From sequence record SRR2962707_495: DNA of 55,521 nt; one strand, written 5' to 3'. The notes under the pieces are model-generated. The model made no database searches. It was not told where the DNA came from and was given only the letters and a program-made list of their open reading frames with translations. Each line of letters begins with the position of its first letter. The first letter of the stretch is position 1. A program made the translations under genes and the position numbers. Positions 47,881 through 55,521 of this stretch are shown here, piece by piece.

Positions 47881-48612
47881 TTATTCAAAGTATTCAGCGT
47901 ATTCATGTGCCATAGTTGATAAGGTGGCGAGAATTGAACGCAAATGCTGCTGCATTTCATCCAGAGCTTGATCCGTGTCGCGGCGGCACAGCGCGTCAAA
48001 TATCTTGCAATGCTCTTTATAAAGCCCAAGCATGTGTGGCCGATCTCTCAAGCTAAATACCCGCAGGCGATCCAAATTCATCTTCTCATTTTTCAAAAGA
48101 TCGGCAGCGCGTTTGAAACCCGTTGCGCTGGCTAATTTCAGATGAAAGAGATCGTCTAGATTTTGAAAATCGGCAATTGCATCGCTGTCTATCGCGGATT
48201 TTTGCTGATCGAGAATTTCTTGCAAGCTTGATTTATCACTTTCAGATAGACCGTTCATGCAAAGGTACCGAATATTTGCCATCTCAATCGCGCTGCGCAA
48301 ATAACGAGATTCAAGCACCCTTTCCTCGCTTAATTTGGTAACGAAATTTCCACGGCTTGGCCGTGTGACAATTAATCCTGCTGCGCGTAATTGCGAAAAA
48401 GCTTCGCGAACGGGCGTGCGGCTTGCACCAAACAATGCGCCAATTTCGGCCTCAGAGATGAGACTGCCGGGGGGAATATGCATGTGCATGATCGCCAATT
48501 TCATCGCATCAAAAATTTGCGGACCAGCAGGCCGATCATAGGCTAAAGGGCCAGCTTTGATACCGGATAGACCGCGACTGTTTCCCATTTCTGTCATTGT
48601 TTTGTCTTTCAT
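47881..48612 (-). CDS. GntR (FadR/FCD-type) regulator
   Basis: SEAEIGALFGASRTPVREAF HTH and DDLFH...EH...H FCD histidines. The true start may be 48597 or 48588. Confidence 0.9.
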   Translation of the reverse strand: MKDKTMTEMGNSRGLSGIKAGPLAYDRPAGPQIFDAMKLAIMHMHIPPGSLISEAEIGALFGASRTPVREAFSQLRAAGLIVTRPSRGNFVTKLSEERVLESRYLRSAIEMANIRYLCMNGLSESDKSSLQEILDQQKSAIDSDAIADFQNLDDLFHLKLASATGFKRAADLLKNEKMNLDRLRVFSLRDRPHMLGLYKEHCKIFDALCRRDTDQALDEMQQHLRSILATLSTMAHEYAEYFE

Positions 48613-48624
48613 TTGACACGTCTA

Positions 48625-48664
48625 TGATACTAGTATAGCACAAAATTGGAACCGGTATACCGGT
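48625..48664. promoter_or_regulatory. Two palindromes in the gntR/oxidoreductase divergent promoter
   Basis: ATACTAGTAT (48627-48636) and a perfect 14-bp ACCGGTATACCGGT (48651-48664). Confidence 0.6.
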
Positions 48665-48698
48665 ATTCTTATTTGTCGATCGAGGGAGCGAGCGCACA

Positions 48699-49760
48699 AT
48701 GTCAGAAACCGTCCTAAATGTTGCCCTTATAGGTCTTGGCATGGTTGCGGAGACACATTTGCGTGCGTTGGTAGACTTGAAGGACACGCTGAACTTACGC
48801 GGCATTTTTGCGCGCAGCACGGAATCCATGGACCGCTTTGCAAGCAAAGCAGAGCAGCTAATCGGCCATCGGCCCCTTTGTTATGGTTCTATCGACGAAA
48901 TTGCCAATGATGACGCGCTGGACTTTGTCATCATCCTCACGCCTCCGAATGCGCGGATGGACTATATTGAAGCGCTGTCAGCGGCTAGCAAACCCATCCT
49001 CATGGAAAAGCCAATTGAGCGCGACCGCGAAGCAGCGCAAAAGATTGTTGAAATGTGCGAAGCACGCGGCGTGACGCTGGGTATTGTTTTCCAGCACCGT
49101 ATGCGCGCAGCTTCCATTGCTTTGCACCAATTGATCGCTACTGACCATTTTGGCGCGTTGGGCTTAGTCGAAGCGCAGATCCCTTGGTGGCGCGAACAAG
49201 CCTATTATGATGAGCCGGGCCGCGGCACCTATGCGCGTGACGGCGGCGGCGTGTTGATTTCGCAGGCTATTCACACACTCGATTTAATGCTGAGCCTCAC
49301 CGGCCCTGTTAGCGAAGTGCAAGCGATGGCGAAAACTACCCGTTTCCACAAAATGGAATCAGAAGATTTTGTCACTGCTGGCCTAGAATTTGCGAATGGC
49401 GCCGTCGGCTCTTTGGTGGCGAGCACGGCAAGCTATCCTGGCGGTGCGGAATCGCTCATTCTTCATTTTGACAAGGCGGTTGCCGAATTAAAATCTGGGG
49501 TTTTATCGATTGCATGGCGCGATGGGCGCACTGAAACTGTTGGCGCACAGGCAACAACCGGCGGCGGCGCGGACCCAATGGCATTCACCCATGATTGGCA
49601 CCGCGACATCATCGCAGATTTTGCACAAGCAATAAGAGATGATCGACCTCCACTTGTGAGTGGACGCGAGGCGTTAAACGCGCATAGGCTCATCGATGGG
49701 CTTTTAGAATCTTCTAAAGCAAAGAAATCCATATCAATTACTCATACGGGAGCAGAATAA
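48699..49760 (+). CDS. Gfo/Idh/MocA oxidoreductase 1
   Basis: IGLGMVA, MEKP and GGGVLISQAIHTLD. Confidence 0.9.
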   Translation: MSETVLNVALIGLGMVAETHLRALVDLKDTLNLRGIFARSTESMDRFASKAEQLIGHRPLCYGSIDEIANDDALDFVIILTPPNARMDYIEALSAASKPILMEKPIERDREAAQKIVEMCEARGVTLGIVFQHRMRAASIALHQLIATDHFGALGLVEAQIPWWREQAYYDEPGRGTYARDGGGVLISQAIHTLDLMLSLTGPVSEVQAMAKTTRFHKMESEDFVTAGLEFANGAVGSLVASTASYPGGAESLILHFDKAVAELKSGVLSIAWRDGRTETVGAQATTGGGADPMAFTHDWHRDIIADFAQAIRDDRPPLVSGREALNAHRLIDGLLESSKAKKSISITHTGAE

Positions 49761-50789
49761 GTGCCTCACAAACCTCTAAAATTTGCAGCAATCGGCCTCG
49801 ATCACCGCCATATTTATGGGCAGGCCGCGAATATGGAGGCTGTCGGCGGCGAATTTGTCGGCTGGTGGACCGAAGGCGAACCTAATACGCTTGATGGATT
49901 TGAAACGCGCTTTCCGAACGCAAAACGCGTTGCCGACCGCAAAGAGCTGTTAGAAAATCCTGAGATTAATCTCGTCCTTATTGCTTCTATTCCATCGGAC
50001 CGCGCGGCATTAGCGATTGAAGCAATGGAATATGGCAAAGACGTTATGACCGACAAGCCGGGCTGCACAACGCTTGAACAGCTTGACGCGCTCAAAGAGT
50101 GCGTGAGCCGCACGGGATGCATTTGGTCTGTCGATTTTTCTGAGCGCTTTGAAGTGGCCAGTGTGACCAAAGCTGCGCAATTGGTGCAAGAAGGCGCAAT
50201 TGGCCGCGTGGTTCAGACGATTGGCATGGGCCCGCATCGCTTAAACCGCGATTTGCGTCCTTCATGGTTTTTTGACCGTGAAAGCTATGGCGGGATTATC
50301 TGCGATATTGCTTCGCACCAGATCGACCAATTCCTATTTTTCACTGGCTCTACGGACGCTGAAATTACGATGGCAAATGTTGCCAATTATGCCAACCCAC
50401 ACGACCCCGGTTTGCAGGACTTTGGTGAAGTTTCACTGCGCAGCCCGCAAGGTCATGGCTATATTCGCGTTGATTGGTACACACCTGATGCCCTGCCGAC
50501 ATGGGGCGATGGCCGTCTGACTATTCTGGGCACAGAGGGCTATATTGAACTGCGCAAATATGTCGATGTTGCGCGCGATGAGGCAACAGATCATCTTTAT
50601 TTGGTCAATGGCACGCGCTGCGAACATATTGATTGCCGCGATGCTGGTTTCCCATATTTCCAAAATCTCGCCAATGATATTGCCAACCGTACCGAAACAG
50701 CCATGCCGCAATCTCATTGTTTTAAGGTAATGGAATTAGGCCTTAAAGCACAGCAAATGGCGGAAGCTGCGATGGGAGCGCATAAATGA
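49761..50789 (+). CDS. Gfo/Idh/MocA oxidoreductase 2
   Basis: AIGLDHRH, TDKP variant, GGIICDIASHQID and WYTPDALPTWGDGR. GTG start. Confidence 0.88.
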   Translation: MPHKPLKFAAIGLDHRHIYGQAANMEAVGGEFVGWWTEGEPNTLDGFETRFPNAKRVADRKELLENPEINLVLIASIPSDRAALAIEAMEYGKDVMTDKPGCTTLEQLDALKECVSRTGCIWSVDFSERFEVASVTKAAQLVQEGAIGRVVQTIGMGPHRLNRDLRPSWFFDRESYGGIICDIASHQIDQFLFFTGSTDAEITMANVANYANPHDPGLQDFGEVSLRSPQGHGYIRVDWYTPDALPTWGDGRLTILGTEGYIELRKYVDVARDEATDHLYLVNGTRCEHIDCRDAGFPYFQNLANDIANRTETAMPQSHCFKVMELGLKAQQMAEAAMGAHK

Positions 50790-51850
50790 CCATCAACGTT
50801 GCCGTCATTGGTGCGGGAATTGGCGCCGAGCACATTGCTGCCTATCAGCAATTACCGGACCGTTTTACTGTCAAAACATTGTGCGATATGAATACTGAGC
50901 GCGCGGCATCGGTGCTGGGTGATGGATCAAGCGTCGCCATTTCATCTGATTTTCAGTCGGTGCTTGATGATCCAATGATTGATCTGATCGATATCTGTTT
51001 GCCGCCCCATTTGCACTTTGAAACGTCAATGGCAGCGCTGAGCGCGGGCAAGCATGTGGTGTGTGAAAAACCGCTTGTTAGCTCTTTGCGCGACGCGGAT
51101 GTTTTGATTGCTCATGCGGCCAAATGCGGAAAAACGCTCACACCGGTTTTCCAATATCGCTATGGACCGTCAACGGCCAAACTGCGCGCACTCATTGATG
51201 CGGGCATCGCTGGAAAACCCTATGTAGCGAGCATTGAAACGCATTGGGACCGGCGCGAAGATTATTACGCCGTCGATTGGCGCGGCACATGGAAAGGCGA
51301 ACAAGGAGGCGCGGTGCTGGGCCACGCGATCCATAACCATGATTTGCTTTGTGCCGTCTTTGGGCCAGTTAAGCGGCTATCGGCATTCACCTCGACACGG
51401 GTCAACGACATTGAAGTTGAAGACTGCGCTGCGATTTCATTTCAAATGGAAAATGGTGCACTGGCAACGAGCTCTATCACGCTGGGCGCTGCACAAAATA
51501 CAACGCGTCTGAGGTTTTGCTTTGAAGGTCTAACAGCCGAAAGCGGCAGCGCACCCTATGCGCCTGCAATTGATGAATGGGAATTCACCGCGCGCGGTAA
51601 AACAACACAAGAAGAGGTTGACGCTTGCATCGCGAATGTGAACGATACGCGAAGTGGCTTTGTCGGTTTCTTCGAAGCTCTTTCAGATGCGCTTGCGGGA
51701 GGACGCGGGCGTGAAGTGACATCATTAGATGGCAGGCGCTCACTTGAGTTGGTGTCAGCTATCTATCATGCGGGAAGGACATCTTCGGTCGTGGAGTTGC
51801 CGTTGGCTGAGGGCCATCCGCTTTATAATGGTTGGAGTCTTTTGAGTTAA
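50786..51850 (+). CDS. Gfo/Idh/MocA oxidoreductase 3
   Basis: IGAGIG, CEKP, FQYRY and GGAVLGHAIHNHD. ATGA overlap. Confidence 0.9.
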   Translation: MTINVAVIGAGIGAEHIAAYQQLPDRFTVKTLCDMNTERAASVLGDGSSVAISSDFQSVLDDPMIDLIDICLPPHLHFETSMAALSAGKHVVCEKPLVSSLRDADVLIAHAAKCGKTLTPVFQYRYGPSTAKLRALIDAGIAGKPYVASIETHWDRREDYYAVDWRGTWKGEQGGAVLGHAIHNHDLLCAVFGPVKRLSAFTSTRVNDIEVEDCAAISFQMENGALATSSITLGAAQNTTRLRFCFEGLTAESGSAPYAPAIDEWEFTARGKTTQEEVDACIANVNDTRSGFVGFFEALSDALAGGRGREVTSLDGRRSLELVSAIYHAGRTSSVVELPLAEGHPLYNGWSLLS

Positions 51851-51887
51851 ACAAACGGGTTGAGGAAAGCCCACAGGGAGGAAGAAA

Positions 51888-53159
51888 ATGACGAACGGAT
51901 TGAAAATGATGCGGGTTTTGATCGCCACAACGGCGCTCGGCTTCACCGCAGGAACAGCACTGGCGGAAGATATTCGCTTTATGTGTTCAGCAGACGGCAA
52001 TGAATGTGAAGTGCTTGGTGAACTAACGGATCGCTTCATGGCCGAAAACCCAGGCGTTAATGTCAGCATTGACAAAGTGCCTTACAAAGCAATTTTGGAA
52101 AGCTTGCCTGTTCAGCTCGCCAGCGGCACCGGTCCTGACCTTGCTAAGGTGACCGATTTGGGCGGCCTGTCTAAATATTATCTCGATCTAGCGCCTTATG
52201 TTGATCGTGATTATTGGGAGAAAAACTTCGGCGAAACGCTGAGCTGGTATCGCCCAACTGATGACAATGGCATTTATGGTATGCACTCACAGTTGACGAT
52301 TACTGGTGCCTACATCAACAAAACTTTGTTTGATCAAGCCGGTGTGGCAGTTCCAGGTGCGGATGCATCATGGGATGATTGGGCAGAAGCGTCACGACAA
52401 GTTGCTAAAGCAACTGAGACACAATACCCAATGGCAATGGACCGTTCAGGACACCGTATTGCCGGTCCAGCAATGTCTGAAGGCGCGAAAATGTTTGACG
52501 ATGCGGGCGAGCCAATTTTGGTTGATGACGCATTCACCGGCTTCATGAAAAAGTTCGTTGATTGGAACAATGATGGCACAATGGCGCGCGATGTGTGGGC
52601 GGGCAGTGGCGGCTCTACTTATCAAGATGCCACAAAAGAATTCATCAACGGCCAGTTGGTTTATTACTACTCTGGTAGCTGGCAGGTTCAAAAACTCGAC
52701 GAACAAATTGGCGATGCTTTTGACTGGGAAGTAACAGGGTCACCATGCGGAGTTGCTGGTTGTACTGGTATGCCAGGTGGCTCAGGTATCGTTGGCTTTA
52801 AGGATACCAAAAGCCCTGAAATGGTGGCAAAGTTGATCGACTTCCTGGCACAGCAAGATAACTACGCTGAGCTAACGGCAAAAACTAAAAACATCCCTGC
52901 GCATTTGGGTGTTGCAGCGGCTGGCGTCACCTATGAAGACGTATCCCCAGCAGCGGCAAAAGCGCTTAATGCTTGGGGTGCTCAAGTCGGCAAAATCTTG
53001 CCGGTTGCCTATAAATATCAGGGCTACAAAAACAACCGTGCGATGTTCAACATCACAGTGCAGCGCGTGACGCAGGCCATCGTTGGCGAACTTTCTGTCG
53101 ATGACGCAATGGCCCGCGCCAAAGAAGATCTCAAAGAAGCGTTGGCTGCTGCACAGTAA
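51888..53159 (+). CDS. Carbohydrate ABC (CUT1) substrate-binding protein, AguE-like
   Basis: Signal peptide, LPVQLASGTGPDLAKVTD, AMDRSGHR and YYSGSWQ. Confidence 0.88.
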   Translation: MTNGLKMMRVLIATTALGFTAGTALAEDIRFMCSADGNECEVLGELTDRFMAENPGVNVSIDKVPYKAILESLPVQLASGTGPDLAKVTDLGGLSKYYLDLAPYVDRDYWEKNFGETLSWYRPTDDNGIYGMHSQLTITGAYINKTLFDQAGVAVPGADASWDDWAEASRQVAKATETQYPMAMDRSGHRIAGPAMSEGAKMFDDAGEPILVDDAFTGFMKKFVDWNNDGTMARDVWAGSGGSTYQDATKEFINGQLVYYYSGSWQVQKLDEQIGDAFDWEVTGSPCGVAGCTGMPGGSGIVGFKDTKSPEMVAKLIDFLAQQDNYAELTAKTKNIPAHLGVAAAGVTYEDVSPAAAKALNAWGAQVGKILPVAYKYQGYKNNRAMFNITVQRVTQAIVGELSVDDAMARAKEDLKEALAAAQ

Positions 53160-53176
53160 GCAGACCAATCCTCCCA

Positions 53177-53210
53177 CCGGCGGAAGAACTCTTTCTTCCG
53201 CCGGCATTTT
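53177..53210 (+). terminator. Intercistronic stem-loop after the binding-protein gene
   Basis: Perfect 12-bp stem CCGGCGGAAGAA-CTCT-TTCTTCCGCCGG followed by CATTTT. Confidence 0.75.
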
Positions 53211-53232
53211 CAACAAATTCTAAGGGAACGCT

Positions 53233-54201
53233 ATGCTAAGCATCTTAAGCCCGATCATGAGAATGGTTGAGATACCGATGAGCTTCCTGCAACGTTTCTT
53301 GCGGTTGAAAAATCCCGCATGGTTGTTCTTAGCGCCTAACCTCGTTCTTTTTATCTTATTTGCTTTCCTGCCGGTCTTCCTCAATTTTGCTTATTCTTTG
53401 ACAGGCAGCGAAGAGATCTTATTGAGCCAGCGCCCTTATGTCGGCTTCGACAATTTTGATGCCTTAGCAACATGCACAAATCATTTTGATCCCAACACCT
53501 GTTCGCAAGATATTTTCTGGCGCGCCGTTCATAACACGGTGCTTTTCGTCACCATTCAAGTTGGTTTGATGGTCGCATTCTCGCTGATTACCGCCTTAGT
53601 GCTTAACCGTAAAATTCGTGCACGCGGCTTCTTTCGTGCGGTCTTCTTTTTCCCCGTATTGCTTTCACCGGTTGTTGTTGCGCTGATCTGGAAATGGATT
53701 TTACAGCGCGAGGGTGTGCTCAATGCCGCGCTTGAAAGCATGGGCTTTGATAGCTTTAACTGGCTGCTTGATATTCATTGGGCGTTCGGCTGGTCGGTGT
53801 TTCTATCGATCTGGGCGCATATGGGTTTCTACACGCTTATTCTGCTTGCTGGATTGCAGGCTATTCCGCGCGATGTTTATGAAGCGGCGATGATGGACCG
53901 CGCCAGCGCATGGCGGGTATTTCGCCGCATCACATTGCCGCTATTGATGCCAACAATGCTGGTTGTTTTGGTACTCGCTTTAATCAAAGGCGTTCAGACC
54001 TTTGATGAAGTCTACGCCTTTACGGGCGGTGGCCCAGGCTCTGCCACCACGCTCATCATTCAATATATTTACAACACCGGCTTTGCAGGCGCACCGCGTT
54101 TGTTCGGATTGGCGGCAGCTGCGTCAATCCTATTGGCATTGGTGTTGGTTGCTTTGACCGCGCTGCAACTTTGGGTAAACCGGAGGAACGTCAATGAGTA
54201 A
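53233..54201 (+). CDS. Carbohydrate ABC permease (MalF/AguF-like)
   Basis: LAGLQAIPRDVYEAAMMDRA EAA loop and multiple TM helices. Confidence 0.92.
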   Translation: MLSILSPIMRMVEIPMSFLQRFLRLKNPAWLFLAPNLVLFILFAFLPVFLNFAYSLTGSEEILLSQRPYVGFDNFDALATCTNHFDPNTCSQDIFWRAVHNTVLFVTIQVGLMVAFSLITALVLNRKIRARGFFRAVFFFPVLLSPVVVALIWKWILQREGVLNAALESMGFDSFNWLLDIHWAFGWSVFLSIWAHMGFYTLILLAGLQAIPRDVYEAAMMDRASAWRVFRRITLPLLMPTMLVVLVLALIKGVQTFDEVYAFTGGGPGSATTLIIQYIYNTGFAGAPRLFGLAAAASILLALVLVALTALQLWVNRRNVNE

Positions 54202-55246
54202 TGCGATGAGCTTTCTTACCCGCATACGCGGTAAACATCGCCTGCACTGGACCGATTGGCTAACCTATGGCTATCTGTTTTTGGGCGTTTTGTTAATGTT
54301 TGCGCCAGTCGTTTGGCTTGTGCTTTCCTCGTTTAAAACCGACGCAGAACTATCACGGTTTCCACCGCGCCTCTTTCCTGTTGCGCAAGAAACAGTTGTG
54401 GTGCCCGGCTATGATGACCCATTGCCGCTTTATAAAATCACCGGCGGCGAACTGGAAGGCGAAACCGTCGCGCAGGTGCGCCGTATCGGTATCAAGGCGC
54501 AAATGGTGCGTCTGAATGAGCCGGACAAGCGCATTCAAGTGGATATAAAACTGCGTGAGCCAATAGAGAAATTTGCGCTGGCCACGGAGAACTATACCGA
54601 GCTTTTGGACGAATTTGATTTCTTCCAATATTTGAGCAACAGCGTTTTCATCACCGTCATGGCAACAATTATAATGCTGCTGGTCAATTCAATGGCGGCT
54701 TTTGCGCTTTCAAAATATGAGTTTCGTGGCCGCGGCATGGTGCTGGCGATGGTCATCGGCGTTTTGATGATACCGCAGACCGTCGTGCTCGTTCCTCTGT
54801 TTTTGGTGTGTAAAGAGCTTGGTTTGGCAAACAGCCTTTGGGGCGTAATTATTCCGGGGGCCGCAACGCCAACGGGCGTGTTTTTGCTGCGCCAATATAT
54901 GTTGACCATACCCGATGAAATTCTTGATGCAGCGCGGATGGACAAAGCCAGCGAGTGGAAAATATTCTGGCGCATCATTGTGCCGCTCAGCGCACCGGCA
55001 ATTGCTGTGCTTGCGATATTAGCCATTATGTGGCGCTGGAATGATTTCCTTTGGCCGCTGATTATTCTTTCTGAAAATGAAAATTTCACCCTGCAATTGG
55101 CGCTCAATGAATTCCAAGGTGACTTGAATACGCAGTGGGGCAATTTGCTTGCCATGACGGTGGTTGTTCTTATTCCAATCGCCTTGGTGTTCGCCTTTTT
55201 ACAAAAATATATCGCGACGGGTATTGCGTCGACCGGAGGTAAATAA
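54194..55246 (+). CDS. Carbohydrate ABC permease (MalG/AguG-like) with periplasmic insertion
   Basis: [14 protein letters not shown] and WNDFLWPL. Confidence 0.92.
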   Translation: MSNAMSFLTRIRGKHRLHWTDWLTYGYLFLGVLLMFAPVVWLVLSSFKTDAELSRFPPRLFPVAQETVVVPGYDDPLPLYKITGGELEGETVAQVRRIGIKAQMVRLNEPDKRIQVDIKLREPIEKFALATENYTELLDEFDFFQYLSNSVFITVMATIIMLLVNSMAAFALSKYEFRGRGMVLAMVIGVLMIPQTVVLVPLFLVCKELGLANSLWGVIIPGAATPTGVFLLRQYMLTIPDEILDAARMDKASEWKIFWRIIVPLSAPAIAVLAILAIMWRWNDFLWPLIILSENENFTLQLALNEFQGDLNTQWGNLLAMTVVVLIPIALVFAFLQKYIATGIASTGGK

Positions 55247-55521
55247 TGTCACAGCTCATTTTAGAAAATGTGCGCAAATCCTATGGCGTCGTCGATGTTA
55301 TTAAAGGCGTTGATCTAACCGTTGATGAAGGTGATTTTTGCGTCTTTGTTGGCCCATCTGGCTGCGGAAAATCAACATTGCTGCGCATGATTTCAGGCCT
55401 TGAGCCGATCACTGATGGTTTTATCAAAATTGCCGGTCAGGTGGTCAATGATATTCCGGCTGCAGACCGTGGTCTTGCGATGGTTTTTCAATCCTATGCG
55501 CTTTATCCGCATATGACGGTG
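55246..55521 (+). CDS. MalK-like ABC ATPase, 5' part only (cut by the window end)
   Basis: ATG 55246 overlaps the upstream TAA. Reads [14 protein letters not shown]...[19 protein letters not shown]...[14 protein letters not shown]. Confidence 0.93.
   Translation, partial: MSQLILENVRKSYGVVDVIKGVDLTVDEGDFCVFVGPSGCGKSTLLRMISGLEPITDGFIKIAGQVVNDIPAADRGLAMVFQSYALYPHMTV

Overview
This 55.5 kb window is densely coding, roughly 50% GC by eye, and looks alphaproteobacterial (probably a marine Rhizobiales/Roseobacter-like organism, inferred from gene content). I see no rRNA, tRNA, CRISPR array, transposase or phage structural genes. In order, it contains: an unannotated 31-aa ORF with a RiPP-leader-like N-terminus (203-298); an AcrAB-type RND pump with a divergent TetR; a sulfoquinovose monooxygenase (sulfo-SMO) cluster, smoA-smoB-smoC with divergent smoD, where a Gfo/Idh/MocA gene resembling the NAD+-dependent sulfoquinovosidase SqgA (GH188) replaces the GH31 enzyme and no transporter is present; a cupin/DUF883/holin-like module with FixK/Fnr-like boxes; a PAS-PAS-GGDEF-EAL protein; pobA-pcaQ; RbsD/FucU; a three-subunit gluconate 2-dehydrogenase; a 9-gene sugar/polyol operon (ABC importer, Zn dehydrogenase, FGGY kinase, SorC-type regulator, long-form DeoC, ALDH16-type aldehyde dehydrogenase, HAD phosphatase) that matches no pathway I recognise; uspA with an AGCS symporter; a second RND pump with an Fnr box; an SDR-photolyase pair; AbrB; a TAXI-TRAP transporter; DUF475; and a GntR-linked operon of three Gfo/Idh/MocA genes plus an AguEFG-like ABC importer that runs off the end. 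The best leads for new biology are the orphan RiPP-like peptide, the DeoC/ALDH16 operon and the transporter-less SMO/SqgA cluster. All family assignments come from motif recognition and recalled sequences; no database search was run.
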